A stretch of 64,000 nt of DNA, taken from assembly GCF_009914755.1 (NCBI RefSeq), contig NC_060937.1; one strand, given 5' to 3'. How positions within the stretch are numbered: position 1 is the first letter of the stretch; each line of letters starts with the position of its first letter. This stretch comes from the human T2T-CHM13v2.0 reference genome, Homo sapiens. Below the pieces are notes generated by a model. It worked only from the letters and a program-made list of their open reading frames with translations, was not told the origin of the DNA and ran no database searches. A program made the translations under genes and the position numbers. This document shows positions 1 to 13,591 of the stretch, piece by piece.

Positions 1-200
1 CAGGCAACACAGTGAGACTCTGTCTCTACAAAAAAATTTTAAAAGTCAGCTGGGAGTGGTGGCGCATGACTGTAATCTTAGCTACTCGGGAGGCTAAGAT
101 GGGAGGATGGCTTGAGCCCAGGCATCGGAGGCTGCAGTGAACTATGACTGCACCACTGCACTCCAGCCTGGGCAACAGAGTAAGACCTTGTCCCTGTCTC
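1..200 (+). mobile_element. AluJ-like element (partial, window edge)
   Basis: Left-arm end, A-rich linker and right arm with J-type ggatggcttgagccca. Confidence 0.8.
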
Positions 201-356
201 ATGAAAAAGCCACCAGTTTGACATAAAAGGTCTGTAGAGTTACTTAGTTCTTTTAAGCATGGTTTAAAAAAGAACTGAAACAGAATCATCTACAGTAACT
301 GCTGAGTGAATCTGAGGAAAATTACAAATGAAGAACTTGAATTAAAAATAAATATT

Positions 357-678
<322 letters not shown>

Positions 679-1783
679 CTAGTGTGTGCCCTCAAAATGG
701 AGATCAACTGCAATATTATATCACAAATAAAATATATGCAAATCAGTCATGTTGCCCCCATACAATACATGCTTGTCATATAGAGAGTTCTTCTCAACAT
801 TTTCAGTATGAAAATGACTTTATACTTATTTGGTAGAATCCATAACTTCACATTTTTAAGAGCATTCAACAGTGTTACAAAGAGTTGCTCTAATTATATC
901 TAGTAGGGAGCTAAATGTGTATATTCCTCTAAGTCTTCTTCACTGGCTAAGGAACACACATAAAATATCTTCTGAATAACAGATTGTTGAGAGGCTCTAA
1001 CTTGTGCCATTTCCGAGTTCTTTCTCCTCTGGGCCTTGCCTGCCTCTGCATTTCTTGCTCTGGTTTTTAGCCTGCTTGAATCTTTTTCATCTTTTCCCAC
1101 AAACCTCTTTCTTCTGCCCTAACTCCGGGTAGGGAGTGGAAAAAGATTACCATTTTTCCTGCACTGATACATAGCAACCACTGGTAAGCAAAATTGACTG
1201 GGATTCTGCAAGTTCAGCAACACCGAATCTCCAAACACGAAACAAGCAGGAACTGCAGCGCCCATGGGCAGCACATTCCTCCTGCCCCAGCAGCTGTCAG
1301 CAGGCTGTCCCGACAGTCTCGGAGAAGGACAAAGCGGCAGCCAGCTCCCTGCCTGCTGCTGAAGATGCACCTTCTGGCAGGTGATCACACCCGTCCATCA
1401 CTGCAGCAAATGCGTGATGGGTTTTTTTTTTTTTTGAACAACTGTGGAAATGTTTTGCAAAATCTGGAATACTAAGTCTGCAACACCCTGCAATGCCCTT
1501 GCCTTGTAATCTTAGAATAACGGCCTCTTTGATCCATATGTGGACTGGAGCTCTTGAGGGGAGTGCCTGAGCTGAGGCAGGGGTTCAGAACCTTGGTGCC
1601 AGCAATAAGAAAGGCACTAAATCATGGAGGCGATGTTGAAAAGAGAGAAAAATCGAGAGCACCATCGGGGCCCAGGCCAATGCTTAACCTACATTCCACA
1701 GAGAACAATGCAACACATACTTAGATGATTACTGAGACACAGTTGGGCAGTTAAGTTTACCAGAAAAGAGTTGAGATACAAAC

Positions 1784-1999
1784 CTTATTGTTAACAATAG
1801 CTTCTGAGTCATCAAAGACAAAGTCTCCATCATAGCTGCGTGCAAAACACACAATGGCAACCGATCCCACTACTAACTTAGCCCAGAATGGAGGAAGAAC
1901 AGAAGATGGAAGAATGTGATCCAAATCAGTGTCCAACACGGCCATTCTGAAAACTGCAGGTTGGTGGCTCCCGGCTCCAGCATTATGCTGGTTAGGAAT
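1784..1999 (-). CDS. TMTC4: TMTC4 coding exon (exon 3), protein O-mannosyltransferase N-terminus
   Basis: Translates IPNQHNAGAGSHQPAVFRMAVLDTDLDHILPSSVLPPFWAKLVVGSVAIVCFARSYDGDFVFDDSEAIVNNK, with the TMTC-family FVFDD motif. Acceptor tttttcctgcag|ATT, donor AAG|gtttgt. 216 bp, phase 0. Confidence 0.95.
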
Positions 2000-3059
2000 C
2001 TGCAGGAAAAACAACACCGTATAAATATTCATCAACACTGGTAGGACCGTTTCTGCAGTGGGCACCGTGAGTAAGAGCTAGATAGTCATTTATGCTATGA
2101 TTTTATAGGATGTGATCAGTAACAATTTGAAGCTGTGCTTCCCAAACTTTAGTGGGCAGAAAAGTCACATGGGACACATGCAGATTCCTGGGTCCGACCA
2201 CAGGATCTATCAAATCAGATGCCCTTTGGTTTCTGATGCCAGAATATCGTTTAGAAATACGAATGTAATGGTATCCTCATCAACCCCACAAGGCAAATCA
2301 TTTTTAATCGTCCTTGAACCAGTTTACAAAGCTTAAAAAAAAAGTTACCATCCTACCTCATCCAATCCAGAAAAATTAATAAATAGTCATTGTTGGGTTT
2401 TAGCACACTGTGTGTGTGGCAGGGGAGAGGGTCGTGTGTAAAACACAACCCTGCTTCTGAAAGAGCTTATGGTCTATTTGTAGCATTCAGGCACACAGGC
2501 CAGGGAGCTGAGACTCTGACACAGAGACAGGGGAGTCGAACAGAGAAATCCTAAGGCGGGGCACAGGATCGAATGCTGGGTTCCTAGGCTACTGGCTCAA
2601 CACAGAGGACAGATAGAGGAAATGACTGGTGGGGACAATATCTTGTCCCAGAAAAGGCTGAGCCATACAAAGGAAAGGAAGGGAGGCTATTCTGTGTGAG
2701 GATATGACCTTCAATCCTGGTGAAAGAGTCAAGATAAAAATATATCCTATTTTGAACTTTTCTTTCAAATGGGCATAATGTTTCTCGCCGGGGATGCCTG
2801 TGCCTCATCCTTGCCATGTGTTAGTTGTGCGGTCCTGTGCACAACCCCTTTCCTCTCTGAGCCCACCCCCTGCGGCCCTCTGCAAAGCATCTTAACGCCC
2901 AGTGGTGAGCGGTGCCTAACAGCTTCCCGCCTTGGAATTCGCCAAAACAAATCTCAACCTACCCCCAAACTCGCACTTTTTTATCTGTCCCCATTCCCAC
3001 CACATCCTGGACAGGTGCTTTCTTTGGATTTACCAGGATCAGGTTTGGGTAAGACTGCT

Positions 3060-3200
3060 CGGTTCTGACCTGGGGTACCTCTGGCAACTTACTTGACCTC
3101 TCTGGGCCTGTTTCCTCAACACTAAAATGGGGATGGTAAGAGTGCCTACCTTCTAGAGTTGTCATGAGGGTTAAATAGGATTCCCAGCACTGCCTGGCTG
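3060..3200 (+). mobile_element. MIR fragment
   Basis: MIR core cctctctgggcctgtttcctc...aaaatggggat...gttgtcatgagggttaaat. Confidence 0.6.
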
Positions 3201-3564
3201 TAATGAAGGCTCAGGGGAGGCCGGCTACTATTACTAATACTTTCTTCCAGAAGGCTGAAAGCAGAGGCACAGAATGATTTTCTGTGGGAAATCCCTTTTA
3301 GTAGCTGGTTGATTGGTACCGAGGCTCCTGTCTTTACTAAGGGACCTGGACCCTGTTCTTTTCCTGCTGAGATGAAAGAGAATTCCAGCCCCCTGATTGG
3401 GAAGGCAGTTTGGATGTATTTGTTTCTGGATCTCTAAGTGGATACCCCAGATTATGGAATCAATAAGAAGCCAGCCAAATAGGCCACCTGAAGTCACAGG
3501 CATCTTTCTATAGCCTTCTGTCTGAGTGAAGATGGAGACAGATCCAACAGGCAACGGGACACAC

Positions 3565-3774
3565 CATTCCATCGTGATGCTGTCCCCTTCCAGGGGCCAG
3601 AAGGAGGCTCAGATTTACAATCCAGAGATGAAACAGGCCGCAACTCTTCCACTGCTTGTCTCTCGAGCCTCACAGCCTGGCATACGGCATGCTCTCAGCA
3701 AGTGCTGGGGGAATACTGCAGCTACTTTTCTTTTCCAGTCAAAGGATAAACCACTTCTCGAATCTAAATTACAA
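3565..3774 (-). CDS. TMTC4: TMTC4 exon 2: mostly 5'UTR, last 3 nt (3567-3565) are the ATG of the long isoform
   Basis: Acceptor tgtgttttgcag|TTG at 3774 and donor GGAATG|gtgtgt at 3565. The ATG joins in frame to exon 3, giving M-IPNQH, the recalled long-isoform N-terminus. Confidence 0.8.
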
Positions 3775-3871
3775 CTGCAAACACAACACAGGTTAGCACA
3801 CAGACCCCAACCTCTATGCTTACATGTCAGCTAAAGAAATTACTCCTGCTACTTAAAAAACAACAAATCAA

Positions 3872-4170
3872 GGCTGGTTGCAATGGCTCACGCCTGTAAT
3901 CCCAGCACTTTGGGAGGCCGAGGCCGGTGGATGGCTTGAGCCCAGAGGTTCGAGACCAGCCTGGGCAACAAGGTGAAACCCCGTGTCTACAAAAAAAAAT
4001 ACAAAAATTAGCTGAGTGTGGAGGCGTATGCCTGCAGTCCCAGCTACTCAGGAGACTGAGAGGTGCGAGTATTGCTTGAGCCCAGGAGTTCCAGGCTGCA
4101 GTGAGCTGAGATCACACCTCGGCTCTACAGCATGGGCAACAGAGTGAGACCCTGTCTCAAACAACAACAA
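3872..4170 (+). mobile_element. AluJ
   Basis: Full Alu dimer with J-type positions. Confidence 0.88.
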
Positions 4171-4382
4171 AGCCCAACAAAGCCAAATACTGAATAGTTA
4201 GGAAGATACTATGATTTAACATGGGGAGAAATTTTAGAAAATTAAATGTGAAGGAAAACAAATAATTTATAGCAATTTTAAATGCACAATAGAGTCATGA
4301 GCTGACAAAAGGTCATGTAACCGGTTTTGACGTTATCTGTTTTATTGTTTCAATAGTGAATTTATTGGCTCATGCAATATAT

Positions 4383-4500
4383 TTTTGGAGATGGCGTCTT
4401 GCTATGTTGCCCAGACTAGCTTCAACTTTTGGGCACAAGTAACCCTCCTGCCTCGGTCTCCCAAGTAGCTGGGACTATAGGAGTGTGCCACTGAGCCTGG
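4383..4500 (-). mobile_element. Alu monomer (FLAM-like)
   Basis: Single ~120-bp antisense arm. Confidence 0.7.
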
Positions 4501-5707
4501 ATATTATCTGCTTCAGGCTCAAATATTTGAAAATTATTTCACAAACGTTTGTCAAGGTTCAAATGGCCTTCTAAGTAGAATACTAAATCAGGAAATACTT
4601 TGTGCTCCTAAATTAGCGACTGTACCTCAGATTGCTTAGAACATAAACGTGTTCTAAGCAATATGTTCTAAGCATAATCATGTTCCAAGCCACAGCCCCA
4701 GGATATATAAGGCAGACTGTGGACCACACCATCAACGAGATGCCCTGGTAGGAGGCCAGGTCCAGACTCTTGGGAAGTCAAGTGGATGGCTGACTCAGTG
4801 GATCTCAGATGATCTCCTCCTCTGCTCTTGCAGGGACAGCAGGAAACCTGGCCTACCTCCAACGCCCCTGCCCCTACATCATTTCCCAGTTCTGGCTGGC
4901 TCTCCCCTCCTTGCTGTGACTCCCCTGCTTCTCTATCTCAGGGTGCTCCTTCTCCTTTCTCCAAGGCCTCCCACTTCTTTGCTGCCACTGAAAATACTCA
5001 CAAATGCTCTTTTCTTTGAAGGGATTTACTGTTAACGTACATAGTGGAACAGTTTGGAAAATGCCTTTCACTAGCAAACGCAAAAAAAAAAAAAAAAAAG
5101 CTACAATTTGTTAGAAAGCCAGGCAAAGTGATCAGTCTAGTCCAGTGGTTGAGACCAAAGGCTCTGGTGACGGACAAACCTGGACTTGCCGGCTGCACGA
5201 CCTTGAACTGCTTAGTCTTTCTAAGAATCAATTTCCTCACTGGCACAACATAGTACCACCACCACTTTCTTCAGAAGGTGGTGGTAAGGATTAAAGGAGA
5301 AAATGTATGCAAACAACTAGTTCTCATTATTGTTAGATTTTGGAGAAATTAGCCGCTGCTTCCCAGTCCCTGACTGCCTGTCTCGGGCGCACCCATGTTG
5401 CCAGTGTTTATTCCTGCAGATGGGCTGAGCACTAGGGCCAGCAGTAGCCCATCGGGTGACCTGGTGCGACTGAGAAAGGCGGGCCCTTCTTTTGGGCAGA
5501 CCCGGGGCACATGGCTTCCTTGGTCAGGTGTCTGGCACAAACTGTACAACCATGCACAGTGACCTTGTTCCCAACTCTCCTTCCTCCAACACTAAACGAC
5601 TTCTGTTCCTCAATGACCTGAGCCAGGCCTGGCACTCAGTTAAAAGAAGCCCTGTCTGAGCAAGGTGGCAGAGACGGGGGACCACCCTCTCTACATCCCT
5701 TCCCCCC

Positions 5708-6021
<314 letters not shown>

Positions 6022-7279
6022 TGAAATAGGAAAGGATGCTCTGTTTTCTTCCAGATGGGCCCTAGGTTGAACTTTCTGGTCCCTCTTCTCCACATGATGT
6101 CCTGCCTGGGCTCCCTGGCTCCTCTGCCATAGCTGGATCGTTAGTTCACCTTATGAAGCAACAAAAAGAGAGACCCACTGTGGCCTCTGCTACAGGCCAA
6201 GCAGAGGGCACAACCCAGGAGGAATGAAGTCAGTGTTCTGCTCGCTACCTGACTCCTGCGACAGAATCAACTGGCCCCTCAACAGGGGCTGAATCTGGAA
6301 CAAAGCAGACGTCCCTTTATCCTACAATTTCTCAAACTTCTCATATCGAGCCTCTGTTTTCAGGAGGTTAAAACAAATTAATCATCAGTGAGAAGGCCAA
6401 AAAGACCCCACACAGGGACCCCAGAAAAACAAATGTCATCCAGCTGTGAACCATGAGGGCCCAATGACAGCTGACACGGCAGCCTGGACTGCGGTAAACA
6501 GAATGGCGAGACCAAACCTAAATGTTTCCCCTTGGAAAAATTAGCAGCAGCCACCTACAGAAGAATATTCCCCTCCATGCATCCAGGGGCCTGCTGACCT
6601 CTGCCCAGCCTTTCTACCTCATCTGTAACATTCAATCACATAGCCAGCCATCCTATGCACGCTGAGAGGTGACAGCGCCTCTGGGAATCAGATTAGAGAA
6701 CACAATCGTTTGTGACCCTGCATCCCTGGGCCTGGCAGTTTCCTGACTGATCAGACCCTGGGCCCCTCAAGGCAGGGGCGCGAGCCACCACCACCGCCCT
6801 CCTCCGTGCAGTGCTGAATACATGCTACTGAAGGCTAAGGTATCGTCCTGCTGTGACGGCCTTCCCATTTTATAATTCAGTAGCGCACGAGGGCCATGGC
6901 TGCCTATAGCAAGAATGTGTGTGGTTTGATATTCACAGTTCCACTGTCCCAGAAAGTTTCCAGTTTGCTAGCTTGTAGCCATTTCCCCTATCTAGGTGCA
7001 CTGGCCGTGATTTTACCCCACTCCATCTGGGGCGCGCCCGGCGCAGACAGGACTGCAGAGAAAAGGGACAGGGAGGGGACCTAGTCAGTCCCTACTATAA
7101 CTGTTTCTCAAGACATTCTCCCCATGCATTTATTTGCTCTCCCGGGGAAAGAGCGAAGTGTGGGATGACTCATAGTGGCTAGATCGTTCCTCTAACTCCT
7201 CCCTTCTTTTGTGTGTGGTTTAAAAAAAAGAAAAACACACACGCAGCCCATAGCCACAACATCAACAAGACCAGAAGCC

Positions 7280-8680
7280 CCGCAGAGTTCGCAGGAGGTG
7301 GGCAGTGGCTGCGCCACCTGCTCGGCTTCCCCAAACTCCGAGCCCACGTCGGGAAGCGGCGGCTCGGTGGCCCCGGGCGCCCGGGCCGGTGGCCCCGCGC
7401 TCGCGCCGCTCCGCTCCGCAGCCGAGCGTGGAGTAGCAGGCGCTCGCGGCGCGGCGGGGGAGCCGCCGCGGAACCCAGGGCAGGCGGCCAAGTGGCCCGG
7501 CTGTGTCCAGCCATCGCCTGCGCCGCGGCCAGCTGGCGGCCAGGCGCGGGGCCCCGCGGCCAGATGGCCGCTCCGGGGACGCGCCGCAGGCGCCGGGTGC
7601 GCCCGGGCCGAGGGAGCGCCGGCGCGGCTGTGCAGGCAGGGGCTGGGGGCGGCGACCTCTGCCCGGGCGGAGAAGCTCAGGGGCCCGAGCGCGGCGGGCG
7701 GGGCGCGCAGCCTCCACGCCGCGCCCTTTGTCCCATGTGCGGCTCACACAGGGGCCCGCGTCCCCCGTGACCCCGGCCCGGGCCGCAGCTCAGGTCCCGG
7801 AACCAACTCCTCCAGCAGCGCCGCTCTGGCCCGGGCCGCCGTGCGGGGCTCGGGACACGGCGGCAGCGGGGAACCCGCGCCCGCTCCGCGTCCAACTCCG
7901 CTCGCCCCGCGGCGCGCTCGGCCCTGCAGGGGCCGCCCCGCGAGTTACCTGCAAGGAGCCTGAGCCCCGGCCGCATCTCCCTCCCGGGTGCGGAAACTCT
8001 GGCGGCTCCAGGCACCCGCCCGGACCTGGCAGGGGGAGGGGCCGCCCGCCGCGCACCCGACCCCCCCCGCGCCGCGCCTCCCGCAGCTCCCCACGCGCGC
8101 GGGCGCCCCCCAGCACCAGTCTCGGCCCGCCCCCTCCGCCCGACCATTGGCTGCTGCTCCCGTCACTTTCAGGCCACAGCCAAGTCCCTCCTCAGGTCAT
8201 TGGCGGACGCGCCGGTGACGTCAGGCCAGGGGGCGCTAGTCGGCGGCGAAGGAGGCGCAGGGACAGACGGACCCGGCGGGAGAGGAGGAAGCCGGTTTGT
8301 GGGCGCGGAGCTGAGGCGGAGGCGGGGCCGGGGCGGGAAGGGGCGGCCCCAGCTGGGTCGGGCGAGGCTGGCTGCGGGAAACCGAGTGAGCCCTCGCTTT
8401 TCTTCCGGGGTCCGCGCGCGGGACCCTATTTCTGGCCTGTCTCGCGCTTCGCCTGCGCGGTGGTCTCCACGCTGGGACTGCGGCGTCCTCGCAGAACAGC
8501 CAGAACTCCACTTCTTCCTGTCCGGGAGGAGTTGTTTAAAACATGCGTATCTCCACCTTCTGCTTCTTAGAACAGAACTGACTGAAGCCGTGTTCTTCCT
8601 GCCGAGACCATGCCGCCCCATCGACCCTGCTGCGGCCAGAGCCACCCAGGGCGGGCCCACTCACCGCAGGCTCGGGCCAC
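7280..8680. promoter_or_regulatory. CpG island promoter of TMTC4
   Basis: Very GC- and CpG-rich. Palindromic CRE TGACGTCA at 8216-8223, ATTGG (CCAAT) boxes near 8146 and 8199, GGGCGG boxes near 8330-8346. Confidence 0.9.
7949..8280 (-). other. TMTC4: TMTC4 non-coding exon 1 (5' end approximate)
   Basis: Strong donor TTGCAG|gtaact at 7949 inside the CpG island. The TSS cannot be read from sequence. Confidence 0.65.
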
Positions 8681-9619
8681 TTGGTTCCAAACCTCCACTC
8701 CCATCCAGGGGCCCGGCACACCCACCACACTCCCACTCTCAGAGGTCTTTGCCGCCTGCTTCAGGAGAAAAGAGAAACTTCCACTTTCCACCGGCAAAAC
8801 TGCACACCTGCTCCCTCCATCACCGAGCCCCCCCCCCCCACCTTCTGTTTTTCCAGTATCGCAGAATCCGATCCGTTGCTCCCTCTGGACTGGAATCCGT
8901 ATCCTCGGCATTTCATCATTCCAAGATTCTCTACTCCACGTACCCTTGCTGCCACCCTCTTCTACTTTCCATCGCTGAAGTTGGTGAAAGAGGCGCCTGC
9001 CCCCAGTTTTGTGGTCTCTCAACTCCACGTGTTCGTTTTCACACTCGGTGAAATTGCCTTTTTAATTGTCGCAAGTAGCATCCACATCACTAAAGTCAAA
9101 GGACACTCTCCTTTCTCGTGTTATCTGATCTGAGCAAAATTCCTTCTTTCTCCTTAAAACACGTCTTCCTGTGGCGGGGGTGCTCCACTTTCCTGTCTGT
9201 CCCCAGTCTTGGCGTGCTTGTCTACTCTGGGTGACCACCAAATAACAGAGTTTTCAAGGTCTCAGACCTTTCCTCTTACTCCACAATTTTTCCCTGAATG
9301 ATTTAACCTGCTGTCAACATTTAAATCAATATATCCCAAATTTGCAACTCTAATCTTTGCTCCTCTGAGCTCCAAATCCGTTTATCTAGCTTCCTATTCA
9401 GCTACTCCTGGTAACAAGCACCTCAAATGGAACCCATCCAAAACTGAATGCGTCCTTTCCCTGCTTGCTTTCAACTCCCTGTCTCCCTGTGATAGTGAAG
9501 ACACCACTATCCAGTGTTTCCCAAACTCTGCCTTCACCTCGGCATCTAACAAATCGCCAAGATTCTACTTCCTAAATAACTCTGAAGTCTGTCCACTTCC
9601 TACCATTTCCAGTATTACG

Positions 9620-10140
9620 TATCATAATGTGCTTACTGCACGTGCGTTTTCCCGGCCCACACTCAGTGATGTCTCGTTGGTAGACTGTAATGGGCCATGG
9701 TCGAAGTATTTACACCATGGAAATTAGCCAACATTATGAATCATGAATCAGGGATCGATTTGTTTTGCTGATTGTCTCTAGACTTCAGCAAGTGATGGGG
9801 AAGATGTTAATAATGTAGATTAAACTTAAAAATGTGTTTAGTGCTGAAACAAGATTGCAGTTTAATGAGTTTATACAAGGGTAAGAAGTAGTTTAACAGA
9901 TCACATATCAGATTTAAGGACAATAAATTTGTTGGCAAAAAGTGGATCGGTATGTAATTTCACTAGTCACATCATGGTTGAGTTACAAGCATTGGATGGA
10001 TTCAGATACAAGCCTTTGGCAAAAAAGAAGCAAAGCTTTCTGTGAGAATCAGTCAAGTAGATAGAACTGACAATAAAGAGTGTCTGCCTTTTACTTGTGT
10101 ATTGTTTATTACACATCCTTTATATCAGAAACATTTATAA
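9620..10140 (+). mobile_element. hAT DNA transposon fossil (MER63-like)
   Basis: cagtgatgtctcgttggtag...gtatttacaccatggaaatt resembles the recalled MER63 consensus. Confidence 0.55.
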
Positions 10141-10200
10141 CACACATATGGTTGTATATATAGGTGGAAATAAAAAGCAGGTGAGATTTTAGTCAGTTTT

Positions 10201-11768
<1,568 letters not shown>

Positions 11769-12117
11769 TAGTCAGTTTTATTATTGTCAACTCTCTATAG
11801 ACAATGCACACCTTATTTCCTGCCTTCAGGGTGGCTTGCCCCCACACGGCCCCTCTTGGTGGGCTCCTGCTTCCCAGTACTCTTAGATTGAAGGCCTCAA
11901 TCTTTCATGATCTGCAATGCCACAGCATGATCAGGCTGCTTGCCTGCTGCTCCTGAGTCATCTCATGCCTCTCTCTCCTGCATTCCCTAGGCCCCAGCCA
12001 TGTTGGCCTTCTTGCATCCTCTGGTGTGTTCTGAGCTCATTTGCATCCTGGGCTGTGCAGGTGCACCTGCAGCGCTCCCTCCTATCCTCCTCCATCACAC
12101 CTGGCTACCTCCAATTT

Positions 12118-12455
12118 AGAGGTCTCCAACTCTCCAGGGCCGCGGATGGGTACCTGTCTATGGCTTGTTAGGAACCCGGGCAGCACAGCAGGAAGTGAGC
12201 CTGCCAAGCGAGCAGTACCATCTGAGCTCCACCTCCTGTCAGATCAGCAACGGCATTAGATTTTCGTAGCAGTGGGAACCCTACTGTGAACTGTGCATGC
12301 GAGGGATCTAGGTTGCAAGCTCCTTATGAGAAAGAATCTAACTAATGCCTGATGATCTGAGGTGGAAGTTTCATCCCGAAACCATTGCCCCAACTCCATC
12401 CATGGAAAAATTGTCTTCCACGAAACTGGTCCCTGGTGCCAAAAAGGTTGGGGAG
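12118..12455 (+). mobile_element. MER1B-like hAT-Charlie MITE
   Basis: Terminal inverted repeats ggtctccaac...gttggggagc and typical body (ctgtcagatcagc, gagggatctaggttgc). Confidence 0.75.
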
Positions 12456-13179
12456 CAACCTTTTGCTGCCCTAATTAATTCTTCAGGTCACTACTCAAGT
12501 GTCATCTCCTCTGAAAACCCTTCCCTGAATTATCTCCCCAAACACATGTAGGTCCATCTGTATATACTCTCATAGCTTTTATTAAAACTGTAATTAACTG
12601 ACAGTGTGGCCATTTGTGTAAAGTCTATCTCCAACTATCTCACTAGACTGTAAGTGCCATGAAGGCAAGACCCATGTCTGTGTAGTTAACTCCTGCACCC
12701 CTGCAGCTACTGTGCCTACCACACAGCAGGCATTTAACAAGGTATCTCCCAGAGAAGCACAACTCTTAAAGTCGCGTTACATGTTATTGGCAATACTGGA
12801 GTTAGAATCAGAGTCTCCTGACTTTATCCAATGTTCTTTTGTTCTGTAAATTGCAAAGCCAGCCATGACCAAAATGATATAACACTATGTGCCAAGCACA
12901 GGGGCAGGCTCTGTGGAGAAGGTAAAGGTAAGCATGACACTGATTCCACCTCTTACAATCTTATGGTTTCGTGAGAAGGATAAGACGCAGAGAAAATTTC
13001 CCTGTTCCTGTTCCCCTACACTGACCACAACCCCTTGCTCCGATCATGCCTTCTGCATGTGACAGCAACCCCCAGCCCCTTGGACAGGAGCTCTGGGGTT
13101 GCTGTCACACATGGAAGGCATGATGGTGGTGGACCACTCAATGTGCTCCAGGCACTATGCTTGTGTTATTTAATTCTCA

Positions 13180-13591
<412 letters not shown>

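Noticed and set aside
1757-2065. 102-aa ORF as a stand-alone protein
   Set aside because: Only 1784-1999 is exon. The flanks are intron read-through bounded by clear splice sites.
7179-9133. Many long overlapping ORFs (up to 355 aa) on both strands
   Set aside because: Low-complexity Arg/Gly/Pro/Ala translations are expected from a stop-poor CpG island. No recognisable domains.
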